A stretch of 23,788 bases of DNA, from assembly GCA_034660555.1 (NCBI GenBank), contig JAYEJL010000014.1, forward strand, positions 1-23,788, read 5' to 3'. Positions 1-8,803 of the stretch are shown here, piece by piece; position 1 is the stretch's first letter; each line of letters begins with the position of its first letter. A program made the position numbers and the translations under genes. A model generated the notes under the pieces. That model had not been told where the DNA came from, did not search any database, and worked only from the letters and a program-made list of their open reading frames with translations. This DNA is from Thermotogota bacterium (lineage in GTDB: Bacteria > Thermotogota > Thermotogae > Petrotogales > Kosmotogaceae).

Positions 1-963
1 ATATGAGAAAAAACTCTGTGTCTGAATTAGAGCGACTCTTTCTTTACCAAATTTTTTTGATAATAATTCAATAAGCTCTTCTCTTTTTTCATCTTCAACA
101 TCTAGATCAATATCAGGATAATCTTCTCTAGCGGGGTTAAGAAAACGTTCAAAATAGAGATCATTATTTACCGGATCCACATATGTTATACCCAGAGCCA
201 TAACTAAAAGAGAACCAACGGCAGAACCTCTTCCAGGGCCCACCAAGATATCTTTCTCTCTTGCAAGGTTTGTTATTTCAGAAACTGTTGCAAAGTAGTC
301 CAAAAACCCCTTTTCCGAAATAATATCGAGTTCATATCTAAGTTGGTCTCGATATTCTTTTGTATCTTTGTTTAAGTTGCTCAGATTTTTCATAGCTTTA
401 TCTTCAAGTTCATGTCGCTTTAGTGATATGGGAAAATGATGATCAAATTTTGGGAATGGAAAATTATGTTCAAGAAAATCCATTTTCTTTACCGCAGGAT
501 TAATGTACTTACGGTATTCATCATCATCGGGAAGATGAAAATCGCCATCAAGAATTTCTTTTTTTCCTATTGCTCTATATATATTAAATATTTCTTTCTG
601 TCCGGGAAAAAGATATCTTACTTCTCTAAGAAATGAACCACTATTGCTTTCATTTGAACTATCTTTTTTGTAGATTTTCTTTAGTTTGTTTGAATCATAT
701 TTGAACCCGTTTATTTTTTTTATGGCTTCAAAAAGACTGTCTTCAGTTATCGGAAAATAATACGCGTCATTTTCCTTAAGAGCAGGGATTATATTGAAAC
801 TGGCAGATTTTAATTTGCTATACCAGTTATAAATCTGGGAGAAATTTCTACTCAATATAACAACAGTCTCGTAACTACGTTTCTTTAGTTCTTTTATTGT
901 TGTATCGATTTTTAGTATGCTCTCGAAAGGTTCTCCCGGTTGTGATAAGAATGCTACTTTCAT
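1..963 (-). CDS. dnaE: DNA polymerase III alpha subunit (DnaE), N-terminal part only; continues off the left edge
   Basis: Not in the ORF track because its stop lies outside the window. Read manually: ATG at 963 overlaps the rluD TGA (ATGA) and the frame stays open to position 1. Translation MKVAFLSQPGEPFESIL...LRYELDIISEKGFLDYFATVSEITNLAREKDILVGPGRGSAVGSLLVMALGITYVDPVNNDLYFERFLNPAREDYPDIDLDVED contains the family C polymerase signatures GPGRGS, FERFLNP and PDIDxD. Confidence 0.95.
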   Translation of the reverse strand, partial: MKVAFLSQPGEPFESILKIDTTIKELKKRSYETVVILSRNFSQIYNWYSKLKSASFNIIPALKENDAYYFPITEDSLFEAIKKINGFKYDSNKLKKIYKKDSSNESNSGSFLREVRYLFPGQKEIFNIYRAIGKKEILDGDFHLPDDDEYRKYINPAVKKMDFLEHNFPFPKFDHHFPISLKRHELEDKAMKNLSNLNKDTKEYRDQLRYELDIISEKGFLDYFATVSEITNLAREKDILVGPGRGSAVGSLLVMALGITYVDPVNNDLYFERFLNPAREDYPDIDLDVEDEKREELIELLSKKFGKERVALIQTQSFFSY

Positions 964-1892
964 TTTTTCTTCTCCAGTTCTGTCAACGTTTTAATCATTT
1001 CTATCATATCTTTAGGTATCCTTGCGGTAAATGAAACTCTCACATTTTTTTTGGGATGAATGAAAGACAGTGTTAAAGCATGTAGCATATGTCTGTCCGG
1101 CGTTAAAACTCTGTTGGCTTTTGCTTTAGCGTAGAGTTTATCTCCAATGACTGGATGACCAAACTCCTTCATATGCAATCTTATTTGATGAGTACGCCCG
1201 GTTTTGGGCATAACAATAACCATTGAAGCAAAATTTCCAAAGGTCCTTATTCTTTTGAAACACGTTTCAGATTTCTTCCCGTATTCTGAAACTTTCATCT
1301 TTAATCGGTTAACAGGATGCCTAGTTAAGCCATATTCAATTGTTCCTTCCTGCTCAATAACTCCGTCTATAAGTGCAAGGTATTGTTTTTTGACAAGGCG
1401 TTCTTTGAATTGAAGACTAAGCTCTTCATGAATCTGATCGTTTTTGGCAACAACAATCGCTCCGCTTGTTTCTTTATCAAGTCGATGAACAATGCCCGGA
1501 CGATGCTGTTTCCCTGTATTTTGGATCTCGTTATAATGATATAGTAATGCGTTTACCAGCGTACCACTTTTTTTATTTCCGGTTGGATGCACTATCATTC
1601 CTGCAGTTTTATTAATAACGAGCAGTTCGTTATCTTCATATATAATGTCCAGTTTTAGGGGTTCAGGTAATATTTTGATCTGTTCTGGTTCTTCAGGTAT
1701 ATTAAATTCAACTATGTCGCCTGTTTTTACTTTATAACTGGGTTTTTTGATAGTTTTGTTGACTAAAATGCATCCAGATTTGATATAATCCTGGATCTGG
1801 TTTCTTGAGAAGGAATTGGGGACAACTTCTGTGGCGAATTTATCGAGTCTCCATCCATTCTCTCTATTCGATATTTCTACTTTTTGAAGCAA
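960..1892 (-). CDS. rluD: RluA/RluD-family 23S rRNA pseudouridine synthase with N-terminal S4 domain
   Basis: S4-like RLDKF...SRNQIQDYIKSG, catalytic HRLDKETSG and GRTHQIRLH motifs. Start placed at TTG 1892, which has AGGAGG upstream. The ORF-track extension to 2048 lies inside lspA. Confidence 0.9.
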   Translation of the reverse strand: MLQKVEISNRENGWRLDKFATEVVPNSFSRNQIQDYIKSGCILVNKTIKKPSYKVKTGDIVEFNIPEEPEQIKILPEPLKLDIIYEDNELLVINKTAGMIVHPTGNKKSGTLVNALLYHYNEIQNTGKQHRPGIVHRLDKETSGAIVVAKNDQIHEELSLQFKERLVKKQYLALIDGVIEQEGTIEYGLTRHPVNRLKMKVSEYGKKSETCFKRIRTFGNFASMVIVMPKTGRTHQIRLHMKEFGHPVIGDKLYAKAKANRVLTPDRHMLHALTLSFIHPKKNVRVSFTARIPKDMIEMIKTLTELEKKK

Positions 1893-2337
1893 TACGCTCC
1901 CTCCTGTAAAAGGAAAAGAGGAGAAGGGCAGCACCAACAACAATGAATGTATCAGCAAAATTAAAAACCGGCCAGTAAGGTAGTTCCAGGAAATCAACGA
2001 CATAACCAAATCTAATTCTATCGATATTGTTCCCCATAGCACCACCAATTATGAAACCAAGAAATAGATTTTCCCATTTAGTAAGGACATTTCTGTAGAT
2101 TATAGCAAATACTAATATCACGAATGATATTCCGGCTGATAAGCTATATATGAACTCTATCGGTAAGAAATCAAGCATTCCAAAGCCAATGCCCTTATTA
2201 TGAACGTATCTAAATCCAAAAAGCCAGCTGATCAAATCTATTCTGTTGAAGTATTCAAGATTTGATTCAGCAATGTTCTTGGTTATTTGATCTGCAATAA
2301 TTGCTACGAACATTCCAAGGGCACCTGGCAATGTCAT
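1864..2337 (-). CDS. lspA: Lipoprotein signal peptidase II
   Basis: DQITK, NKGIGFG, GGAMGNNIDR, VVDFL and PVFNFAD motifs; several TM segments. Confidence 0.95.
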   Translation of the reverse strand: MTLPGALGMFVAIIADQITKNIAESNLEYFNRIDLISWLFGFRYVHNKGIGFGMLDFLPIEFIYSLSAGISFVILVFAIIYRNVLTKWENLFLGFIIGGAMGNNIDRIRFGYVVDFLELPYWPVFNFADTFIVVGAALLLFSFYRRERIASKSRNIE

Positions 2338-2362
2338 TCACCTCAATCTAAGAATAGTTACT

Positions 2363-3121
2363 TCAGGCCATGTTTTCTACAAGTGATTCCATTTCAGCGT
2401 CATCGATGTCAAAATTACCGTAAACTTCCTGAACATCATCATTGTCTTCAAGGTAATTTAATAGCTTGATGAGTTTTTCTGCGTCCTCACCTGTTATCGC
2501 AATGGTGTTTTTAGGTAAATAAGTAAGCTCGTATGAAACGGAATAACCGTTTTCTTTCAATGTTGCTTTTGAATCGGATGCCTGATCGGGTTCAGTAATG
2601 ATCTCAACGGGATCTGTATCATCTTTTATGTCTTCTGCGCCTGCGTCGATTGCCATCAATTCAAATTCTTCCATGCCCGAGATTTCTTTTTTGGGAACAG
2701 TAAGTATTCCTTTTCTTTCAAACATCCAGGCGACACTACCGCTTTCTGCAAGATTACCACCGTGTTTGGAAAGCAAATGTCTAATTTCCTGAGCAGTTCT
2801 GTTTTTATTGTCTGTCAGAGTTCTTATTAATAATGCTACTCCACCGGGAGCATATGCTTCATACATAACTTCAACAAAACTCTGACCTTCAAGTTCTCCA
2901 GCTCCTTTTTTTATTGCTTTTTCCATGGTGTCCTTGGGCATATTTGCATCTTTTGCCTTATCCATTGCCACTCTTAAGGAATTATTTGTTTCGGGATCCG
3001 TTCCGCCTTCTCTTGCGGCAACCATTAATTCACGGATAATTTTCGTAAAAATCTTTGATTTTCTGGCATCCTGAGCCTGCTTTCTGTGTTTAATGTTTGC
3101 CCACTTATTGTGACCGGACAT
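2363..3121 (-). CDS. yebC: YebC/PmpR (TACO1) family protein
   Basis: [14 protein letters not shown] start, TDNKNRT, GSVAWMF and [17 protein letters not shown] upstream. Confidence 0.96.
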   Translation of the reverse strand: MSGHNKWANIKHRKQAQDARKSKIFTKIIRELMVAAREGGTDPETNNSLRVAMDKAKDANMPKDTMEKAIKKGAGELEGQSFVEVMYEAYAPGGVALLIRTLTDNKNRTAQEIRHLLSKHGGNLAESGSVAWMFERKGILTVPKKEISGMEEFELMAIDAGAEDIKDDTDPVEIITEPDQASDSKATLKENGYSVSYELTYLPKNTIAITGEDAEKLIKLLNYLEDNDDVQEVYGNFDIDDAEMESLVENMA

Positions 3122-3779
3122 AATTTTTACCTCCTATATCATTTATGATTTTCGATAACTTCTTGCCATGAAATATTACATCTGTCACAATAACATAAAT
3201 CCCTTCTTCGTCTAGTTCAGCGGTTTCATTTGAAGACAATATTTCAAGCAGTTTATAATACTTCACAGCTCTGTTTAAATGCTGTGTATATTTTACCATA
3301 AAGTACTCGTGTAGTTTTGTATATGAGAAATCTTCAAAGGCTTCATCCATTCTAAATCTCCTAACAGACTTCTTGGTTTTTTTGGTTACAATATTATCTG
3401 AAGTAAACCTGTTTGGATCAAATTTTTTTACAGGAAGATATAAATTATATCGAAATGCCTCAATATATTTCTGCAATTTAAAATCATCAGGCACCCTGGA
3501 GATTTGAATGGGCTTGATAGTAAAATGTCCGTAAGATTGTAGCTGTGTGAAATCATTGATTTGTTCAGTTGTTTCAATTTGAACATACCACGCAGTTGAC
3601 GCAACACCTGTTGGTACAGGTGGTGTAAAAGCCATCTTTGGTCTCGGATGGTAACCCTCTGTAAATTTCACTCTAATTCCCGCTCTTTTGAAGTAACGTT
3701 GTATAGCATTGTCAGTTTCCTTTTGAGAAAGGTATCTTATAATACCTCCTCTCACAAATCTAAATATATACGATGGCAT
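3105..3779 (-). CDS. DUF2344 / TIGR03936-type 'radical SAM-associated' protein
   Basis: RYLSQKE...[31 protein letters not shown] matches the family pattern (R-F/Y-x-S-H..., RRA..., GF/Y-H/N-P-x-P, GxxS), and KKTKK matches the later KxxKK segment. ATG 3779 has AGGAG 8 nt upstream; TTG 3782 is an alternative start. Confidence 0.75.
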   Translation of the reverse strand: MPSYIFRFVRGGIIRYLSQKETDNAIQRYFKRAGIRVKFTEGYHPRPKMAFTPPVPTGVASTAWYVQIETTEQINDFTQLQSYGHFTIKPIQISRVPDDFKLQKYIEAFRYNLYLPVKKFDPNRFTSDNIVTKKTKKSVRRFRMDEAFEDFSYTKLHEYFMVKYTQHLNRAVKYYKLLEILSSNETAELDEEGIYVIVTDVIFHGKKLSKIINDIGGKNYVRSQ

Positions 3780-3802
3780 CAAACATTCTCCTGAAAGGTT
3801 AT

Positions 3803-3839
3803 TTGTGTTATTTCTGAATTAACATTATAATTGTAATGT
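3803..3839. promoter_or_regulatory. Divergent promoter region with overlapping TATAAT boxes on both strands inside a near-perfect 18-bp palindrome
   Basis: ATTATAAT at 3824-3831 reads TATAAT on both strands. TTGTGT (3803-3808) lies 17 bp upstream of the plus-strand box. ACATTA-TAATTG-TAATGT spans 3822-3839. Confidence 0.5.
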
Positions 3840-3879
3840 AAGTGAGTGAATTTAACAACGGGAATTCGGGAGTGTTGTT

Positions 3880-4344
3880 ATGTGGCTTGTAATATCTGAT
3901 TCTCATGATAACATCAAGACATTGAGTAAAGCTATTGAAATTGCTAATAAAAAGGGTGTAGATCATCTGTTTCATTGTGGAGATATAATTGCACCCTTTA
4001 GTGCCAGAATTCTAAAAAAATTCAGCGGAAAACTACATGTAGTATTTGGCAACAACGATGGAGAAAAGTTTGGATTGAAGAAAATACTTGGAGAAAACCT
4101 AACATCTACTCCTTATGCCCTTAATGTTGATGGTTTCAGTATATTAATGATGCATGAACCTTTTGATTTTAGTGATTTGAAGGGTTATGATTATGTATTA
4201 TATGGACATACTCATAAACTGGATATTGAAAGAAGAAAAGAATCAGTAATAATTAATCCAGGGGATTCAAGTGGTTGGGTTTCTGGAAATCCCACATGTG
4301 TTATTGTAGAACCTGGCAAAACAGAAAATGTCATAGAATTATAG
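3880..4344 (+). CDS. Calcineurin-like metallophosphoesterase (YfcE/MJ0936 type)
   Basis: ISDSHDN, HCGD, GNND, MMH, GHTH and INPG motifs. Confidence 0.92.
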   Translation: MWLVISDSHDNIKTLSKAIEIANKKGVDHLFHCGDIIAPFSARILKKFSGKLHVVFGNNDGEKFGLKKILGENLTSTPYALNVDGFSILMMHEPFDFSDLKGYDYVLYGHTHKLDIERRKESVIINPGDSSGWVSGNPTCVIVEPGKTENVIEL

Positions 4345-4380
4345 TTTACATAAAGAATTACCAAATTGGAGGTTTGACAG

Positions 4381-5706
4381 ATGGATAAAAAGGTTATTGA
4401 AACGGACAAAAATGTGGAAGTTGTTAAATTCTTATTTGACAAAGAAGAGAGTAAAAAGGCAGAAGACAAGGTAGTAAGTAAGGTTAATATGAATTACCAG
4501 ATACCTGGATTCAGAAAGGGTAGAGTACCGAAGAACATTGTCATTAATTTTATTGGCGATAACTATGAGGACCTTGTACTGGATGAACTGTCAGATAAGC
4601 TGGAAGAAGCTCTAAAAGAAGAGTCGGATGAGCTCTATGTTCCTGCAGTTATTTCTGAAAGGAAACTGGAGGATAATTACGCAGCTTTCACCATAGAACT
4701 TCATAGAGATCCTAAATCTACAGTCAAGGATTACACCAATATTGAGTTAAAAGTACCCAGGAAACAGGAAATTGTCATGAATTACATTGATTCTAAACTG
4801 GAAGAACTAAGGGATGAACACTCGATCATGGAACCAAAGGAAGGAAAATTGGCTATTGGTGATATAGCTGAAATAGAATACTCCATTGTCAAAGATGAAA
4901 AAAAACTTGCTGATAACAAAAAACAAGAAATCGAAATAGACGAAAACGACGAAAGACCAATTGTAAAAAATATCATTGGAAAAAGCAAAGGAGAAACGGT
5001 TGAATTTGAAAAAACCTTTGAAGGCTCAGATAATAAGTATTACTACACAATAAATATTGTTGAGACATACAGAAAGACTCTTATGGAACTTGGAGATGAA
5101 CTTGCGAAAACAGTAAACTATGATGTAAACGACCTTGAGGAATTGAAGGCAAAACTCAAAGAAGAGGGAACAGAGCAGTACGAAAACTGGAAATATGATT
5201 TTCTCAGACAGCAGGTATCAAGCTTAATTACCGATTATGTGGATATCGAAATTTCCGATAGAACACTTGATTACTTCGTTTCCAGAGCCATCGAAAATTC
5301 AAAGAAAGAAGGAAGTTACGAGAAATACCTTAAAAAAGTAGAGAATGAGGAAGAGCTGAAAAAAGAGTTTAAACGCAATATTCTAAATGAACTGAAAAAA
5401 GAAAGAGCGGTAGAAAAGATATCCGAAAATGAAAAGATCGAGGTTACAAATGAGGAAATTGAAAACAAAATCAAAGAACTTGCTCCTTACTGGGGTATAT
5501 CTGAAGAACAGGCACTGGGAGTAATCAAAGAAAGAAAAAGAATGAAGGATGAACTTGAAGAAAACATTAGACGAACAAAAGTTTTTGATGCTGTAATAGC
5601 AAAAGCTGATGTTAAAGAAGTTGATGAAAACGAAGAGGAAAATCAAGAAGAGGAGAAATCTGAAGAAAAGGATGAACAGGAAAACAACGAAGACAAAAAA
5701 GAATGA
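4381..5706 (+). CDS. tig: Trigger factor
   Basis: Ribosome-binding signature PGFRKGRVP, three-domain length (441 aa), acidic tail, GGAGG SD. Confidence 0.93.
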   Translation: MDKKVIETDKNVEVVKFLFDKEESKKAEDKVVSKVNMNYQIPGFRKGRVPKNIVINFIGDNYEDLVLDELSDKLEEALKEESDELYVPAVISERKLEDNYAAFTIELHRDPKSTVKDYTNIELKVPRKQEIVMNYIDSKLEELRDEHSIMEPKEGKLAIGDIAEIEYSIVKDEKKLADNKKQEIEIDENDERPIVKNIIGKSKGETVEFEKTFEGSDNKYYYTINIVETYRKTLMELGDELAKTVNYDVNDLEELKAKLKEEGTEQYENWKYDFLRQQVSSLITDYVDIEISDRTLDYFVSRAIENSKKEGSYEKYLKKVENEEELKKEFKRNILNELKKERAVEKISENEKIEVTNEEIENKIKELAPYWGISEEQALGVIKERKRMKDELEENIRRTKVFDAVIAKADVKEVDENEEENQEEEKSEEKDEQENNEDKKE

Positions 5707-5723
5707 AAATTGTTTATTAATTG

Positions 5724-5760
5724 ATCAGGGGAAAAACAATGCAGTTTCCCCTGATTTTGT
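5724..5760 (+). terminator. Intrinsic terminator after tig
   Basis: 11-bp stem ATCAGGGGAAA (5724-5734) / TTTCCCCTGAT (5745-5755), 10-nt loop, followed by TTTGT; 17 nt after the tig stop. Confidence 0.8.
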
Positions 5761-5785
5761 ATATTAATGATTTCTCTGCTATATT
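5757..5785 (+). promoter_or_regulatory. Sigma70-type promoter for lgt
   Basis: TTGTAT (5757-5762), 17-bp spacer, TATATT (5780-5785), with extended TG at 5777-5778. Confidence 0.6.
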
Positions 5786-5828
5786 TATCTAACGCTAAAG
5801 TTTTTCGTTCATAATTTGTGGAGGTGTT

Positions 5829-6716
5829 ATGGTGAAATCAAAAAGCATAATATACATCGCTATAATTCTCGCTATTGCTGTAGTTTTGTTTTTCTTTTTG
5901 AGAACAGTGTTTGCTGGAGATTTTATTGTAACCCCAATAATTATTACAGTGTGGCCCTTTGAAGTTAGATGGTACGGTGTGTTTATTGCCCTTGGTATCG
6001 TCATAGCATACCTCATTGGTAGGAAGCTAGCAATGAGAGAAGGAATAGATGAGGACCACCTTATAGAACTTGTTTTTCTAGGCATAATTTTTGGAATTGT
6101 TGGAGCGAGACTGTACTACGTGCTTTTTAACCTTTCATATTATTTAAAAAATCCTTTAGAAATTGTGAAAATATGGAGTGGCGGATTGGCAATACATGGA
6201 GCCATCTTCTTTGCGCTGCTTGTTGGTTTTATTTATGTAAGATTAAGGAAGAAAGCCAACATGAAGTTTTTTCAAATAACCGATATATTTACTGCTGTGC
6301 TGCCCTTTGCACAGGCACTTGGTCGCTGGGGTAATTTTATGAACTACGAGGCTTATGGAAAACCAACAGAACTCCCATGGAAAATGTTCGTGCCTCTTGC
6401 TAACAGAATGCCTGGCTATTCACAGTTCGAATATTTTCACCCCACATTCCTTTATGAAAGTTTGTGGGATTTTATGGTGTTTGGAGTGCTGATATGGTTT
6501 TTCATGAGGGGCCGAAAAAACTATGGAGAAGTAACCGGTTTATATATGATTATATATTCTGTTGGCAGATTTTTTATAGAAAGTTTAAGGCTGGATAGCC
6601 TTTATATTGGAGAGCTAAGAACTGCCCAGGTAGTTTCTGCGATACTTATTGTGGCTGGACTGGCAATCTTTATTATTGCCCGTAAAAAAGGTCAATCAGT
6701 GAAAACAGTTTCTTAA
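5829..6716 (+). CDS. lgt: Prolipoprotein diacylglyceryl transferase
   Basis: RWYG, GARLYYV, GGLAIHG, QALGRWGNFMNYEAYG, HPTFLYES and RFFIESLR; GGAGG SD. Confidence 0.97.
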   Translation: MVKSKSIIYIAIILAIAVVLFFFLRTVFAGDFIVTPIIITVWPFEVRWYGVFIALGIVIAYLIGRKLAMREGIDEDHLIELVFLGIIFGIVGARLYYVLFNLSYYLKNPLEIVKIWSGGLAIHGAIFFALLVGFIYVRLRKKANMKFFQITDIFTAVLPFAQALGRWGNFMNYEAYGKPTELPWKMFVPLANRMPGYSQFEYFHPTFLYESLWDFMVFGVLIWFFMRGRKNYGEVTGLYMIIYSVGRFFIESLRLDSLYIGELRTAQVVSAILIVAGLAIFIIARKKGQSVKTVS

Positions 6717-7257
6717 AGGCTTTTACACGGTGACTGATTTTCGATTTGACATCATCACCAAGTTCGCCAAAGGTTCCATCATATCCATCGGGAATGAATA
6801 TAGGATCATAACCAAATCCCTTCGATCCCCTTATATTGCTTGATATAGTGCCATTTACAGAGCCTTCAGATGCAAAATAATTGGACTTAAAAGGATCATA
6901 AAAAACTGCCAGGCATTTAAATCTTGCAGATCTATCATCACTGTTCCTTAACATATTAATAATTGATTCCATCTTCTCCTGGTAAGAAGCGTTTTCAAGG
7001 TATCTAGCAGATTTTACTCCAGGGAAACCGTTCATGCAATCGATTTCAAGCCCGGAATCATCTGAGAGCAGATAAACAGACTGTTCTTTATATGCCTCGA
7101 CTTTCTTAATAGCATTTTGTAAGAATGTATCTCCATTTTCTTCAACATCGCTTTGGGGAACAATTTCGTAAATGCTTTTTATTTCGACCCCGTCAGGCGA
7201 AATGTCATTGATCTCTTTGAGTTTATTGGAATTGGTTGTAACAAGGTACAGTATCAT
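6673..7257 (-). CDS. rdgB: dITP/XTP pyrophosphatase (RdgB/HAM1)
   Basis: TTNSNKLKE, DDSGL, PGVKSAR, GFGYDPIF and KISHR motifs. Confidence 0.96.
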   Translation of the reverse strand: MILYLVTTNSNKLKEINDISPDGVEIKSIYEIVPQSDVEENGDTFLQNAIKKVEAYKEQSVYLLSDDSGLEIDCMNGFPGVKSARYLENASYQEKMESIINMLRNSDDRSARFKCLAVFYDPFKSNYFASEGSVNGTISSNIRGSKGFGYDPIFIPDGYDGTFGELGDDVKSKISHRVKAFKKLFSLIDLFYGQ

Positions 7258-7904
7258 CGATGAATTTTCTGCCCCTTTCGTATGATTTCCTGGGGTTGTT
7301 TTGATTTGAAAACAGTTGTGCCCATTATCAAAATATCTACGCCATTATTTACAAGTTCAACTGCGTTGTCCAGATTGACACCGCCATCTACCGATATCTC
7401 AAAATTGAGATTGTTTTCTTTTCTTAACTCATCCAGCTTCTTTATTTTTTCAGCTGCTTTTGGTATAAAACTCTGTCCGGAATAACCCGGATTAACAGTC
7501 ATTACAAGCACGCCGTCAACAAAGTGGATAATTTCTTTAAGTGCTGAAACTGGTGTATGTGGATTGAATGACACAAATGCTTTAACACCGAGATCCTGTA
7601 TTCTTGTAATCAGATTGTGTAAATGAGGTTCAACTTCAACATGAACGGTGAGAATGCTTGCTCCGGCTTTTGCAAAGGATTCCACATAATCAGATGGATT
7701 GGTAATCATAAGGTGAACATCAAGAGGTGGACAAAAATCAATTGGTTTTAGTGCATTCATTATGGGCAGGCCGAAAGTAATATTTGGTACAAAATGACCA
7801 TCCATTACATCAATATGAAGTAAATCTGCGTTTCTAACCATTGACACCTGATCGTACAGCCTTGAAAGATCAGATGCCAGTATAGAAGGGGAGATTTTTG
7901 CCAT
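7254..7904 (-). CDS. rpe: Ribulose-phosphate 3-epimerase
   Basis: SPSIL, HIDVMDGHFVPNITFG, DVHLM, MTVNPG and VDGG. ATG 7904 preferred because GAGGTG lies upstream; the ORF track starts at GTG 7913. Confidence 0.97.
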   Translation of the reverse strand: MAKISPSILASDLSRLYDQVSMVRNADLLHIDVMDGHFVPNITFGLPIMNALKPIDFCPPLDVHLMITNPSDYVESFAKAGASILTVHVEVEPHLHNLITRIQDLGVKAFVSFNPHTPVSALKEIIHFVDGVLVMTVNPGYSGQSFIPKAAEKIKKLDELRKENNLNFEISVDGGVNLDNAVELVNNGVDILIMGTTVFKSKQPQEIIRKGQKIHR

Positions 7905-7909
7905 GTCGT

Positions 7910-8803
7910 TCACCTCTTTTTCCGGTGTTTTTTCTTTAATTCATTATACAGTTTTATATAACTGTTATAACGGGTTTTCTTTATTGAATGATCTTTCAAC
8001 AATTCTTTTACGTGGCACCCTGGTTCATCAATATGAGTACAATTAGAAAAAGAGCATTCTTCTGATGCAGCACTGATTTCAACAAAGTAGTTCTGAAGTT
8101 CTTCAGGTTCCATATCCGGGAGCTCAAGGGTTGAAAAACCAGGGGTATCTGCAACATATCCACCGAAATTGAACTCTAACAGTTCACTTCTTGTGGTTGT
8201 ATGTTTTCCTCTTCCAAGTTTTTGAGATATTTCTGTTGTTTTGAGTTTAAGTCCAGGGTTGAGCCCATTTAAAAGGGTGCTTTTACCTACACCTGTGACC
8301 CCTGCCATAGTACTTATTTTATTTCTGAAAATCTCTATGAGAAGATTGAGATTTTCTCCCGTTTTGGCGGAGGTCGGAATTACTGTGTAGTAATCTGAAT
8401 AGATATCGTTGAATTCTTTAAACTGGTCTTTTGACGTTAACAGGTCAAGTTTGTTAAGAACAATAATTATTGGAAGACCGCTGTATTCAGCAAGTACCAG
8501 AAATTTATCAACAATATAATTAGATACTTCAGGTTTTACAAGGGTTGTTACAAGAATAACCTGATCTACGTTGGCTATTTTTGGTCTTGAGAGTTCATTT
8601 CTTCTGTTTAGAATGTTTTGAACGAGGCCCTTTTTTTCGCTTTCTATTGTAAATTCAACGACATCACCCACGAGTGGTTTTGTTCCCGTTCTTTTAAACC
8701 TGCCTGGCATATCACACTCAAAGTGTTTACCGTAAAGCTCTTCTTTTACTATAAGTGTTTTTCCATGAAAACGTACAACAATACCACGAAATCTTTCACT
8801 CAC
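7910..8803 (-). CDS. rsgA: Ribosome small subunit-dependent GTPase A
   Basis: Circularly permuted GTPase motifs NKLD, SAK, GVTGVGKS, GKHTTT and DTPG; zinc site CSFSNCTHIDEPGC. Confidence 0.97.
   Translation of the reverse strand: MSERFRGIVVRFHGKTLIVKEELYGKHFECDMPGRFKRTGTKPLVGDVVEFTIESEKKGLVQNILNRRNELSRPKIANVDQVILVTTLVKPEVSNYIVDKFLVLAEYSGLPIIIVLNKLDLLTSKDQFKEFNDIYSDYYTVIPTSAKTGENLNLLIEIFRNKISTMAGVTGVGKSTLLNGLNPGLKLKTTEISQKLGRGKHTTTRSELLEFNFGGYVADTPGFSTLELPDMEPEELQNYFVEISAASEECSFSNCTHIDEPGCHVKELLKDHSIKKTRYNSYIKLYNELKKKHRKKR

Noticed and set aside
436..636. 66-aa plus-strand ORF
   Set aside because: Antisense shadow of dnaE with no recognisable motifs.
1893..2048. 52-aa N-terminal extension of the RluD ORF
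   Set aside because: It lies inside lspA in another frame, and a TTG with AGGAGG at 1892 gives a normal-length protein.
5620..5706. GAA-rich repetitive stretch
   Set aside because: It simply encodes the acidic trigger factor tail; not a tandem repeat or array.
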